Assembly: GCA_020845805.1 (NCBI GenBank)
Contig: JADLFD010000416.1
Location: forward strand, 1 to 59,570
Direction of reading: 5' to 3'
DNA: 59,570 nucleotides
Origin: Verrucomicrobiales bacterium
GTDB lineage: Bacteria > Verrucomicrobiota > Verrucomicrobiia > Limisphaerales > CAIMTB01
Part shown: piece by piece, positions 23,035 through 31,394 of the stretch
Position numbering within the stretch: the stretch's first letter is position 1
Layout: each line of letters begins with the position of its first letter
Program-made: the position numbers and the translations under genes
The notes under the pieces: model-generated
What the model saw: only the letters and a program-made list of their open reading frames with translations
Database searches by the model: none
What the model was told of the DNA's origin: nothing

Positions 23035-24180
23035 ATGCCAATCAAGATTCTCACCGTCGACGACAGCAAGACCATCCGACTGATTGTCGGCAAGGCCTTC
23101 CGTTCCTTCGATTGCGAGGTGTTCGAAGCCTCGAACGGGGTCGAGGGCCTGGCGGTGGCCGCCAAGGAACGCCCCAACATCATCATCCTCGACCTGACCA
23201 TGCCCGTCATGGACGGGTTCGAAACTCTCACCAAGCTCAAATCGGATCCGGACCTCAAGTCCATCCCGGTGGTCATGCTGACCGCCGAGTCCGGGCGCGA
23301 AAACGTGCTGCGGATCGCCAAGCAGGGGGTGCGCGACTACCTGGTGAAACCCTTCAAAGAGGAACTGATCATCGAGCGCGTGGGGCGCATCGTCGACCTC
23401 AAGCCGAAGGGCGTCACCAATGCCAAGGCCAAACGCTTCGACGACCCGCTCACCGTGCTGGTGGTCGATGATAAGCCCGCCATCTCCGATCAGATCATCC
23501 ATGGGCTGGCCGACACCCCGTGGTCCGTTCAGGGGCGCTCCACCGCGGGAGAGGGGCTCGACTACTGCAACAAGTCCGTGCCCGACGTGGTGATCGTGAG
23601 TCTTAATCTGCCCGACAACGCGGCATTCACGTTCTTCCAGATGCTGCGGGCACAGCCGAAGACCAAGAGCGTTCCGGTGTTCGCGATGTGCGTGAAGACC
23701 GCCAGCGATGAGCAGGCGCGTGCGCAGCAGTCCGGGTTCACCGGCATCATCACCAAGCCCATCGACTTCGACGAGGTGAAGAGCCGCATCGCGCGCTCTC
23801 TCAATCTCGACACGTCCTACAAGTACTTCGAGCACCGTGACGGCGTGCTCTGGATCAAGTTGCCCGCGAACTTCGGGACCGCGGTGGCCAACGAGGTCAC
23901 CGGACAGTTGCGTCCCAAGATCGCGGAGGCGGTGGACGCCGGCCTGGGCAAAGTCGTTTTCGACCTCGCCCTGCTCAAGACGGCGGATGTCACGCTCATC
24001 AAGCTCGGTCTGGAAGTGCTGCAATTCTGTCACGAAATGTCGCTTCGCAGCCGCATGGTGGGCTCGGGCACCGTGGCCCAGGAGTGCCGCAAGTTCGAGG
24101 AAACCAAGGACTGGGCGTTTGCGCCCACCTTCGAGGAAGCGGTGGCCGCTCTCAACGGGAAGGAAGCCGTTCCCGCCTAG
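23035..24180 (+). CDS. CheY-like REC + Asp-less pseudo-REC + C-terminal STAS domain fusion
   Basis: REC1 (ILTVDDSKTIR...IIILDLTMPVMDG...VMLTAES...LVKPF) is intact. REC2 (LVVDDKPA...VVIVSLNLPD...ITKP) has Ser at the acceptor position. The tail VLWIKLPANFGTAVANEV...VVFDLALLKTADVTLIKLGLEVL...RMVGSG is STAS/anti-sigma-antagonist-like. Confidence 0.8.
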   Translation: MPIKILTVDDSKTIRLIVGKAFRSFDCEVFEASNGVEGLAVAAKERPNIIILDLTMPVMDGFETLTKLKSDPDLKSIPVVMLTAESGRENVLRIAKQGVRDYLVKPFKEELIIERVGRIVDLKPKGVTNAKAKRFDDPLTVLVVDDKPAISDQIIHGLADTPWSVQGRSTAGEGLDYCNKSVPDVVIVSLNLPDNAAFTFFQMLRAQPKTKSVPVFAMCVKTASDEQARAQQSGFTGIITKPIDFDEVKSRIARSLNLDTSYKYFEHRDGVLWIKLPANFGTAVANEVTGQLRPKIAEAVDAGLGKVVFDLALLKTADVTLIKLGLEVLQFCHEMSLRSRMVGSGTVAQECRKFEETKDWAFAPTFEEAVAALNGKEAVPA

Positions 24181-24233
24181 TTCATGGAACGCTGTTGCCA
24201 AGGGCCCGCGCCGCCCCCCTGCGGCCGCTCAGG

Positions 24234-24773
24234 ATGAAGCCCAACCTTTTACGCCAGGGAATCTTTGCGAGCCTGGTGATCGCGGCCACCACCGCGGTCG
24301 CCGGGCCTCGCGGCTATCTGCCCCAGGCTGGGCCGACACCCCTGAGGTACGCTTCCCTGACCAAGCCGGTCGCCGCCCCACTGCCACCGTTGCCCGAGCC
24401 CACGGTGCCCAAGGCTCCGGACGAGCCCACCTCCGGCGAACCTACTCCGCCCGCTCCGGCAGAGCCGGTCACTGTGCTCGAGGAACGGCAGATCCCCGCT
24501 CCTCAACCCGAACCGACCGCCGCCGTGGAGCCGGCATCGGAACCCGAACCGGAACCGGAATCAGAATCGTCTGCACCGGAGGTCCGGGTCACGCCGTCGC
24601 CAGCGGCGCTTTCGCCCCAGCAGCTCATCACCTACTTCACGGCCGATCCCAATCCCAAGCCGCGCCCCACCAGGCCGGCCGTCACCCCCACGGTCGTGGC
24701 TCCGGTCACGTTCGTGCCGCCGCCTCCGAGTCAGAAATCGGTGAGTCAGGCGACCTACACGCGCGGCCACTAA
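24234..24773 (+). CDS. Secreted proline-rich low-complexity protein
   Basis: 179 aa. A signal-like segment MKPNLLRQGIFASLVIAATTAVAG is followed by PxP/EPEPEPESES repeats. Confidence 0.6.
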   Translation: MKPNLLRQGIFASLVIAATTAVAGPRGYLPQAGPTPLRYASLTKPVAAPLPPLPEPTVPKAPDEPTSGEPTPPAPAEPVTVLEERQIPAPQPEPTAAVEPASEPEPEPESESSAPEVRVTPSPAALSPQQLITYFTADPNPKPRPTRPAVTPTVVAPVTFVPPPPSQKSVSQATYTRGH

Positions 24774-24776
24774 TCC

Positions 24777-26225
24777 ATGTTCTCGCTCCCCCCGACCTGC
24801 GTTCTTCCCTCCCCGGCCCGTCGCCTTTTCCAGGCGGGGTGGGGGTTGGTGGCGGTCTGGACCCTCTGGGCCTCTCCGGCGGCGCCGGCTTCCGAATCGG
24901 CCGCTCGTCCGGCCTCGGCGGTTCTGCCCACGGCGGCCCATGGCCCGGTGGTGGCGCCCTCCGGACACGGTGCTCCGGCCGCCGCGGTGCCTCAGGAATC
25001 CGAAGGAACGCTGCCCAGCGAAGTCGGAGCCGGCGATTCCCCGCGCATGGAGATCGAGCGCAAAGTGCGCGAGACCTGGGACGATGGGCCTTTGGAGGAG
25101 AGCGCGGAGATGTCGTCCTTTCGCAAGCAGCTCGAGGACGGCCGCCTGGATCGCCGACAAGGCCGTCCGGCGGATGCCGTGGCTCGGTTGGTGGCTCTCC
25201 TGCGTTCGGGGGCGCCCGAGGATCTAAAGCGGTCGGCCATGATGGAACTGGCGATCGCCATCCAGGATCAGGGGGATCTTTCCCGTGCCGCCCAGACGTA
25301 TGCGCAGTACATCCAGCGGTTTCCGCGTCAGCCGGGCGTGATCGAGGCTTACCTGCGGCAGGGACTCGCCTATCGCCAGATGGGCGCCACCTCGATCGCG
25401 ATCTCCAAGTTTTATGCCGTGATGACCAGTGCGTTGAGCCTGCGTCTCGACCAGATGGAGTATTACAAACGCCTGGTGCTCCAGGCCCAGGTGGAGATTG
25501 CGGAGACGTTCTATCTCGAGGGCCGATGGGCGGAGGCAGTGGATTTCCTGCAGCGCCTGCTCAAATCCAATGCGCCTCAGCTCGACGTCGAGGAGGTGCG
25601 ATTCAAGCTCGTGCGCGCGCTGGCCGCGCAGGACAAGCGATCTGAAGTGGTCGGCCAGGCGCAGACGTTCATCGAGCGCCATCCGGATTCAGGCAACGTG
25701 CCCGAGGTGCGGTTCCTCCTCGCTTCGACACTGAAACAGCAGGGGCGCAACCAGGAGGCCCTGCAACAGGTGCTGCAGCTGCTGGAATCCCAGCGCTCCA
25801 GCGCGGATCGCGACCCGCGCGCCTGGAGCTACTGGCAGAAGCGCGCCGGGAACGAGATCGCCAACCAGCTGTACCGGGAAGGGGACTACTTCGGCACGCT
25901 ACAGATCTACCAGCGCCTGCTGACTCTCGACGAAACGGCCGAATGGCAGCTGCCCGTGCTCTACCAGATCGGCCTCGCCCTCGAGCGATTGCAGCAGCCG
26001 AACAAGGCCTTCGACGCCTATGCCCAGTTGCTGCGTCGCGAGCCCGAGGTCGCTGGCTCCGATGGTCCGTCCCCCAGCTTGAAGACCGTCCTGGAGATGG
26101 CGCGCTGGCGTCAGAAGAATCTCAAGTGGGTCCAGACCGCTGCTGCCAGTGCCGCCGCCATCCGTCAGATTCCGGATCCCACGCAACCTGCCACCAACCA
26201 TGTATCATCCTCGGGAAATCGCTGA
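24777..26225 (+). CDS. Exported tetratricopeptide-repeat (TPR) protein
   Basis: 482 aa with a hydrophobic N-terminus. Repeated A..Y..(F/L)...P / A.Y..G.. helical hairpins resemble YbgF/BamD. Examples are RAAQTYAQYIQRFPRQPGVIEAYLRQGLAY and EALQQVLQLL. Confidence 0.75.
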   Translation: MFSLPPTCVLPSPARRLFQAGWGLVAVWTLWASPAAPASESAARPASAVLPTAAHGPVVAPSGHGAPAAAVPQESEGTLPSEVGAGDSPRMEIERKVRETWDDGPLEESAEMSSFRKQLEDGRLDRRQGRPADAVARLVALLRSGAPEDLKRSAMMELAIAIQDQGDLSRAAQTYAQYIQRFPRQPGVIEAYLRQGLAYRQMGATSIAISKFYAVMTSALSLRLDQMEYYKRLVLQAQVEIAETFYLEGRWAEAVDFLQRLLKSNAPQLDVEEVRFKLVRALAAQDKRSEVVGQAQTFIERHPDSGNVPEVRFLLASTLKQQGRNQEALQQVLQLLESQRSSADRDPRAWSYWQKRAGNEIANQLYREGDYFGTLQIYQRLLTLDETAEWQLPVLYQIGLALERLQQPNKAFDAYAQLLRREPEVAGSDGPSPSLKTVLEMARWRQKNLKWVQTAAASAAAIRQIPDPTQPATNHVSSSGNR

Positions 26226-26619
26226 GCACCTGCGCAGCACCCTCTCTCTCTATCGCAGCCTTCTGACGGTCGTGGAATCGGAGAGTGCCGAGCTTCGGCG
26301 TTCGGAACCCCCTGATCTCAAGGGAAATGCAGAGTCAAAAAAGGGCTTGCTTCCCCGCTTGGTTGAGTCGCTAGATCCGCTGGCAAAGTGCCGGTCGGCC
26401 TGGCAGGCCACGGGGCCGGCAGAACGCGCCCGGCATCCGGAGGTGGGCGACTTGGTGCGCCAAAACCAGGACTTACTCATGAAGATTCTGCTACTGGACC
26501 GCGAGAACGAGCAGGCCTTGCTGCGGCATGGCTTGGTTCCCGCCCGTGAGCTGCCCTCGGTGAACCGTCAGCGCCCGCATTTCGTCTCTGATCTTTATCG
26601 CCGGCAGGGCACCCGGTGA
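26200..26619 (+). CDS. Small helical protein (FlgN/FliT-like pattern), unknown function
   Basis: 139 aa. The sequence has LYRSLLTVVESESAELRR...KKGLLPRLVESLD...QNQDLLMKILLLDRENEQAL. It overlaps the TPR gene end by 26 nt. Confidence 0.5.
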   Translation: MYHPREIAEHLRSTLSLYRSLLTVVESESAELRRSEPPDLKGNAESKKGLLPRLVESLDPLAKCRSAWQATGPAERARHPEVGDLVRQNQDLLMKILLLDRENEQALLRHGLVPARELPSVNRQRPHFVSDLYRRQGTR

Positions 26620-26632
26620 CGCCCGACCTGAC

Positions 26633-28081
26633 ATGCCCATCGAGAAGATCATCGTCCTCGAGGACGACCTGATAGGTCGGAAGAATCTCGAGCAGCAACT
26701 GCGGCAGCGACGTTTCGACGTGGCCTCCGCCAGCACGCTGGCCGAAGCCCAGGAGTTGCTCGGGCGGGACACCTTTGACCTGATTTTCGTCGATATCCGG
26801 CTGCCCGATGGCGAGGGGACGGATCTGTTGCGTGAGCTGCAATCCCGTCCGCAACGCCCGCTCGCGGTCATGACGACCGCCTTCGGCTCGGTGGAGTCCG
26901 CGGTCGATTGCGTCAAGAACGGCGCCTTCGATTACCTGGTGAAGCCGTTCACGGCCGACCAGTTGGAGGTGACCCTCAAGCGCGCCGAGCAGCACACGCA
27001 ACTCCTGCGCGTGAACCGGTTCCTCAGCCACGAACAGGACGACGACACCGGCTACGAGTTGCTGGGCAAGAGCCCGGCCATGGAGTCGCTCCGCCAGTTG
27101 ATCCGCAAGGTCGCTCCCACCCAGGCGACGGTCCTCATCCAGGGCGAGAGCGGCACGGGCAAGGAACTCGTGGCCCGCGCGCTCTACCGGCAAAGCCCGC
27201 GCGCCAACGCTCCCTTCATCAAGATCAACTGCGCGGCGGTCCCCGAGAACCTCATCGAGAGTGAGTTCTTTGGGCACGAGAAAGGCGCGTTCACCGGAGC
27301 CATCAACAAGCGCGAAGGCCGTTTCGAGCTCGCCCACGGCGGCACGATCCTGCTCGACGAGGTCAGCGAAGTCCTGCCTCAGGTGCAGGCCAAGCTGTTG
27401 CGCGTGCTCCAGGAACGGGAACTTGAGCGCGTGGGCGGCAACCGGACGATCAAGGTGGATGTTCGCGTCATCGCGACCACCAACCGTCATCTGGAGCAAA
27501 GCGTGCAACGCAAGGAGTTCCGCCAGGACCTCTACTTCCGCCTGAATGTGGTGCCCATCCAGGTGCCGCCCCTGCGCGATCGGCGTTCCGACATCCCCGA
27601 GTTGGCCGAGCAGTTCATGGCGCGGTTCGCCCGCAAGCATGGCGTGCGCGTGAGCGGTATCTCGGAGAACTGCCACCGCGTCCTGCGCGCCCACGACTGG
27701 CCGGGTAATGTCCGCGAGCTCCAGAACGTCCTCGAACGCGCTGTCATTCTCTGTGGCGAATCCGGCCTCCTGGAGTCGGAGCATCTCGGATTTGCCCCCA
27801 ACCTCGCGACCACTCCCGAGGCGGCGCTGATCGTCCCCCCCGCCGCGACGGGCACTGGAGTCCCCGGGGTTCCCGCCGCGTCCCCCGACTCGATCACCTC
27901 GCTGGCGGAGATGGAACGCCAGCAAATCTTCCGCGCCCTCGACCACACGGGCGGCAATCGCACCCACGCGGCCCGCCTGCTGGGCATCAGTATCCGGACG
28001 CTTCGGAATAAGCTCCACGAATACGGTCGGGACGGGAAGGACGAGTCGGCGGAGGATACCGCCGAGGAACTCGCCCAATAG
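26633..28081 (+). CDS. Sigma-54-dependent response regulator (NtrC family; FlrC/FleR-like)
   Basis: The REC domain reads IIVLEDD...LIFVDIRLPDGEG. The AAA+ domain has GESGTGKE, GAFTGA and ESEFFGHEKGAFTG. The C-terminal Fis-type HTH reads NRTHAARLLGISIRTLRNKL. Confidence 0.9.
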   Translation: MPIEKIIVLEDDLIGRKNLEQQLRQRRFDVASASTLAEAQELLGRDTFDLIFVDIRLPDGEGTDLLRELQSRPQRPLAVMTTAFGSVESAVDCVKNGAFDYLVKPFTADQLEVTLKRAEQHTQLLRVNRFLSHEQDDDTGYELLGKSPAMESLRQLIRKVAPTQATVLIQGESGTGKELVARALYRQSPRANAPFIKINCAAVPENLIESEFFGHEKGAFTGAINKREGRFELAHGGTILLDEVSEVLPQVQAKLLRVLQERELERVGGNRTIKVDVRVIATTNRHLEQSVQRKEFRQDLYFRLNVVPIQVPPLRDRRSDIPELAEQFMARFARKHGVRVSGISENCHRVLRAHDWPGNVRELQNVLERAVILCGESGLLESEHLGFAPNLATTPEAALIVPPAATGTGVPGVPAASPDSITSLAEMERQQIFRALDHTGGNRTHAARLLGISIRTLRNKLHEYGRDGKDESAEDTAEELAQ

Positions 28082-28334
28082 CGGTCAGCCTGCCGCTGCC
28101 TTGGTTTCAGCACGGCGTGGGGCACTGCCTTCTTCGCGCTCCGCTCGCATCTCAGTTTCCCGGTACGGACTCCATCGCGGGGCTGGCTGTTTCTTCCTGG
28201 TGAAATCCCTTAGTCGAGGTTGGGTCGCGGCTGCCCGATCGTCCTTGCCTACCCGGTCAGCTTCACCGGTCAGAATTTTCCCAATGAGAAATAGGCGGGG
28301 TGGTAACTAGTTGATGGGGGGTTGGATGGGATCA

Positions 28335-28350
28335 TGGCATGGGCATTGCT
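28335..28350 (+). promoter_or_regulatory. Sigma-54 promoter for flgB operon
   Basis: TGGCATGGGCATTGCT has exact GG-N10-GC spacing. It is followed by the caggagg SD and the flgB GTG at 28380. Confidence 0.75.
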
Positions 28351-28379
28351 TCGGTGGTTGTCGCAGGAGGCTACCCGCC

Positions 28380-28763
28380 GTGATCGACGCCCTCTTCACT
28401 CAACCCAATTTCGTTGCCGCCAAGCAGATGCTGGACGTGGCGGCCCTTCGCCACGAGGCCATCGCCTCGAATCTCGGGAATCTCGAGACCCCGGGTTACA
28501 AGCGTCTGGATGTTTCGGCGGCGTTCGAATCCCAGCTGCAGCAGGCCATCGCCGCACGCGATACGGAGACGGTGTCCGGCTTTCGCCCGCAGTTGGAAGT
28601 GGACACCACCGCCGTGGCACGGCGTCGGGATGGCAACACGGTGGAGTTGGAGAGCGAGTTGATCCGGCTCCAGCGCAACAACCTCGAGTACGCCTCGGAA
28701 GCGCAGATGGTGACCGGTTCGCTGATGAAACTTCGGCAGGCCATCACCGGCCGCGTCGGCTAA
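28380..28763 (+). CDS. flgB: Flagellar basal-body rod protein FlgB
   Basis: VIDALFTQPNF...RHEAIASNLGNLETPGYKR...LRQAITGR. The GTG start lies 10 nt after the SD, in frame with track ORF 28311..28763. Confidence 0.9.
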   Translation: MIDALFTQPNFVAAKQMLDVAALRHEAIASNLGNLETPGYKRLDVSAAFESQLQQAIAARDTETVSGFRPQLEVDTTAVARRRDGNTVELESELIRLQRNNLEYASEAQMVTGSLMKLRQAITGRVG

Positions 28764-28773
28764 CACACAGCGT

Positions 28774-29208
28774 ATGATCAATATTCTCTCCGGACTCGAC
28801 AGCACAGCGGCGGCGCTGACCGCGGAGCGGACGCGCATGGACGTGGTCGCCCAGAACCTCGCCAATGCCCAGGTCACGCGCGGTGTCGACGGCAAGCCTT
28901 ACCAGCGGCAGCAGGTGGTGTTCGAATCGATGCTCAACGCCGCGCAGGGCGGAACCGGCCTGCCGGGCGGCACGGCGCAGTCGGTGCGCGTCTCCCGCAT
29001 CGAGGACGATCCGCGTGGGCCGAGAATGGTCTACAATCCGGGGCATCCCGACGCGGATCCGAACGGCATGCTGGCCGTTCCCAACGTGAACGTGCACGAG
29101 GAGATGGTCGACATGATGGCCGCTTCGCGGACGTTCGAAGCCAATCTCGCCGTGCTGAAGACCGCGCGCAGCATGGCCATGCAGACACTTTCCATCGGCA
29201 AACGCTGA
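28774..29208 (+). CDS. flgC: Flagellar basal-body rod protein FlgC
   Basis: 144 aa. The sequence has AERTRMDVVAQNLANAQ...VPNVNVHEEMVDMMAASRTFEANL. Confidence 0.93.
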   Translation: MINILSGLDSTAAALTAERTRMDVVAQNLANAQVTRGVDGKPYQRQQVVFESMLNAAQGGTGLPGGTAQSVRVSRIEDDPRGPRMVYNPGHPDADPNGMLAVPNVNVHEEMVDMMAASRTFEANLAVLKTARSMAMQTLSIGKR

Positions 29209-29250
29209 CCCCCTCGCCCTCACCGTTCCCGTTCCCCACCCCCCGAAACT

Positions 29251-29700
29251 ATGGACCTCCTCTCGGCCATGCGCAGCGCAGCGGATCCGATGCTGCGGAA
29301 CGCGATGTGGCAGGACGCGCGGGCGCAGGCCGAGTCCCCGCTGAAGACGGCGGGTGCCGCGGGCCTGACGGGAGCCCCGGGCCTCACGCCCGCCACACCC
29401 GGCACGGGCACGGGCACGGGAATCGGGGACACGAGTGGAGTCGGGGGCGGACTGAGCGGGGTGGGTGGCCTCCAGCGCGGGCGCTCTTTCGATTCCCTGC
29501 TGGGCGAGTTCGTCAGTGAAGTCAACGCCAAGCAGGTCGCGTCGTCCGACGCCACGCGCGCGCTGCTGGGAGGGGAAAAGATTCCGCTGCATCGCGTCAT
29601 GATTGCCGCCGAGGAGGCGAGCGTTTCATTCCAGCTCATGGTGGAGGTTCGCAACAAGGTGCTCGAATCCTACCAGGAGCTGATGCGCATGCAGATTTAG
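29251..29700 (+). CDS. fliE: Flagellar hook-basal body protein FliE (extended Gly/Thr-rich N-terminus)
   Basis: The C-terminus FDSLLGEFVSEVNAKQ...LHRVMIAAEEASVSFQLMVEVRNKVLESYQELMRMQI is FliE. The protein is 149 aa. Confidence 0.88.
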   Translation: MDLLSAMRSAADPMLRNAMWQDARAQAESPLKTAGAAGLTGAPGLTPATPGTGTGTGIGDTSGVGGGLSGVGGLQRGRSFDSLLGEFVSEVNAKQVASSDATRALLGGEKIPLHRVMIAAEEASVSFQLMVEVRNKVLESYQELMRMQI

Positions 29701-29719
29701 TGGATGAGAAAGCCGTGAC

Positions 29720-31354
29720 ATGAACCAGGGTCTGTCTCAACTCGGTCGCCAGCTGGTCATCATCTGGAAACAGCTGGGGATCAACCAGCGCGTCAGCGTC
29801 GTGGTCGCCGGGTTGGCGATCCTCGGCGTGCTGGGTGGTATCGGAGTCTGGTCGTCGCGCAAGGACTACGGGCTGCTTTATGGACGGCTCGACGAGGCCG
29901 AGGCCGCTCGCGTGATCGCTGCGCTGGACGACCTGAAAGTGCCGTACGAGGCGCGCGGCGCCGGATCCGTCTACGTGCCCACCGACCGCGTCCACGCTCT
30001 CCGCATGCAACTGGCAGGGAAGGGGATTCCCCGGGGGGATGGGGTCGGGTTCGAGATCTTCGACAAGCCGAACTTCGGCGTTTCCGATTTTGTGCAGCGC
30101 GCCAATTACCTGCGCGCGCTGCAGGGCGAACTGTCCCGCACGATCGCCCAACTGGACCAGGTGGAAGCGGCACGGGTCATGGTGGTGCTGCCGGAGAACC
30201 GGCTCGTGCTCGCGCCGCGGCAGAAGCCGACCGCGTCCGTGTTCGTGCGCGTACGAGGCAACGCCGGGCTCCCTTCGTCCGCGGTCAACTCCATCCGGCT
30301 CCTCGTGGCCAACGCGGTCGAGGGACTCCCGGTCAACAGCGTCTCGGTGGTCGACAACCAGGGCAATGTGCTCTCCGACACCGAGGACGATACGGCTGCC
30401 GGTCTGAGCAACAATCAGCTCACCGCCCGTAAGAACCTCGAGCAGTACCTGGCACGCAAGGCCGAAGGCATGCTCGAAAAGGTCCTGGGCGCCGGTCAGG
30501 CCGTGGTGCGCGTCGCCGCGGAGATCAACTGGGACACCATCTCCCGCACCGAAGAACGTTTCGACCCCGATGGCCAGGTGATCCGCATCTCCACCATCGA
30601 CGATGAGAATGTCGAGTCCACCACGCCCTCGACGGCCGCCAGCCCGGTGGGCGTCCAGACCAATTCCGGCACCGGCACCAACAACAACGCCGCCGCGTCC
30701 GGACCCACGGCTTCCGCCGGGATTTCACGAACCAAGAAGAAGACCTCGAACAACCAGTACGAGATCAACCGCACCCTGAGCAACATCATGCAGAGTTCGG
30801 GCGGCCTGAAGCGCGTGTCCGCGGCCGTGTTTGTTTCGCAGCGCGTCGACACCACGGGCACGGCGCCCAAGCCGGTGGTGCGCACCCCCGAGGAGTTGCA
30901 GAAGCTGCGCCGCATCGTGCAGAGCGCCCTCGGCATCGTCGAAAACAACCCCGACCGCACGGACGAGATCACGCTCGAGGAGATGCCCTTCAACGAACAG
31001 CCGGTCCTGGAGATCGCCCGGCAGCTCGATCAGCAGCAGACTCGCGAATACTGGACCTCGACCGCCCAGCGCTATGCCTTTCCCGCCCTCGGGCTGGTGG
31101 TTTTCCTCCTCTTCTGGCGAGCCCTGAAGCGAGCCAAGCCGGAGGACGTCACCCTGGGGATGCCCTATGAGCTCACCGCGGACGGCCGCCTCGTGCCTTC
31201 GCCCAACAGTCCCGGCAAGAACGGGAAGAATGGCGCGCCGGAAGAGCCCCAGGTGGTCACCGTGGAAGTCCTCAACCAACTCATCCGCGAGCAGCCCGGC
31301 AACATGACCCAGGCCGTGCGGACCTGGATGAGCCGCGGTTCCGCGGTGAAGTGA
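29720..31354 (+). CDS. fliF: Flagellar MS-ring protein FliF
   Basis: 544 aa. The sequence has LDDLKVPYE, GFEIFDK and RALQGELSRTI, plus a C-terminal TM segment. Confidence 0.93.
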   Translation: MNQGLSQLGRQLVIIWKQLGINQRVSVVVAGLAILGVLGGIGVWSSRKDYGLLYGRLDEAEAARVIAALDDLKVPYEARGAGSVYVPTDRVHALRMQLAGKGIPRGDGVGFEIFDKPNFGVSDFVQRANYLRALQGELSRTIAQLDQVEAARVMVVLPENRLVLAPRQKPTASVFVRVRGNAGLPSSAVNSIRLLVANAVEGLPVNSVSVVDNQGNVLSDTEDDTAAGLSNNQLTARKNLEQYLARKAEGMLEKVLGAGQAVVRVAAEINWDTISRTEERFDPDGQVIRISTIDDENVESTTPSTAASPVGVQTNSGTGTNNNAAASGPTASAGISRTKKKTSNNQYEINRTLSNIMQSSGGLKRVSAAVFVSQRVDTTGTAPKPVVRTPEELQKLRRIVQSALGIVENNPDRTDEITLEEMPFNEQPVLEIARQLDQQQTREYWTSTAQRYAFPALGLVVFLLFWRALKRAKPEDVTLGMPYELTADGRLVPSPNSPGKNGKNGAPEEPQVVTVEVLNQLIREQPGNMTQAVRTWMSRGSAVK

Positions 31355-31394
31355 GCGCCGACAACGTGAATCAAGCGGACTCTGGACGAGCAAC

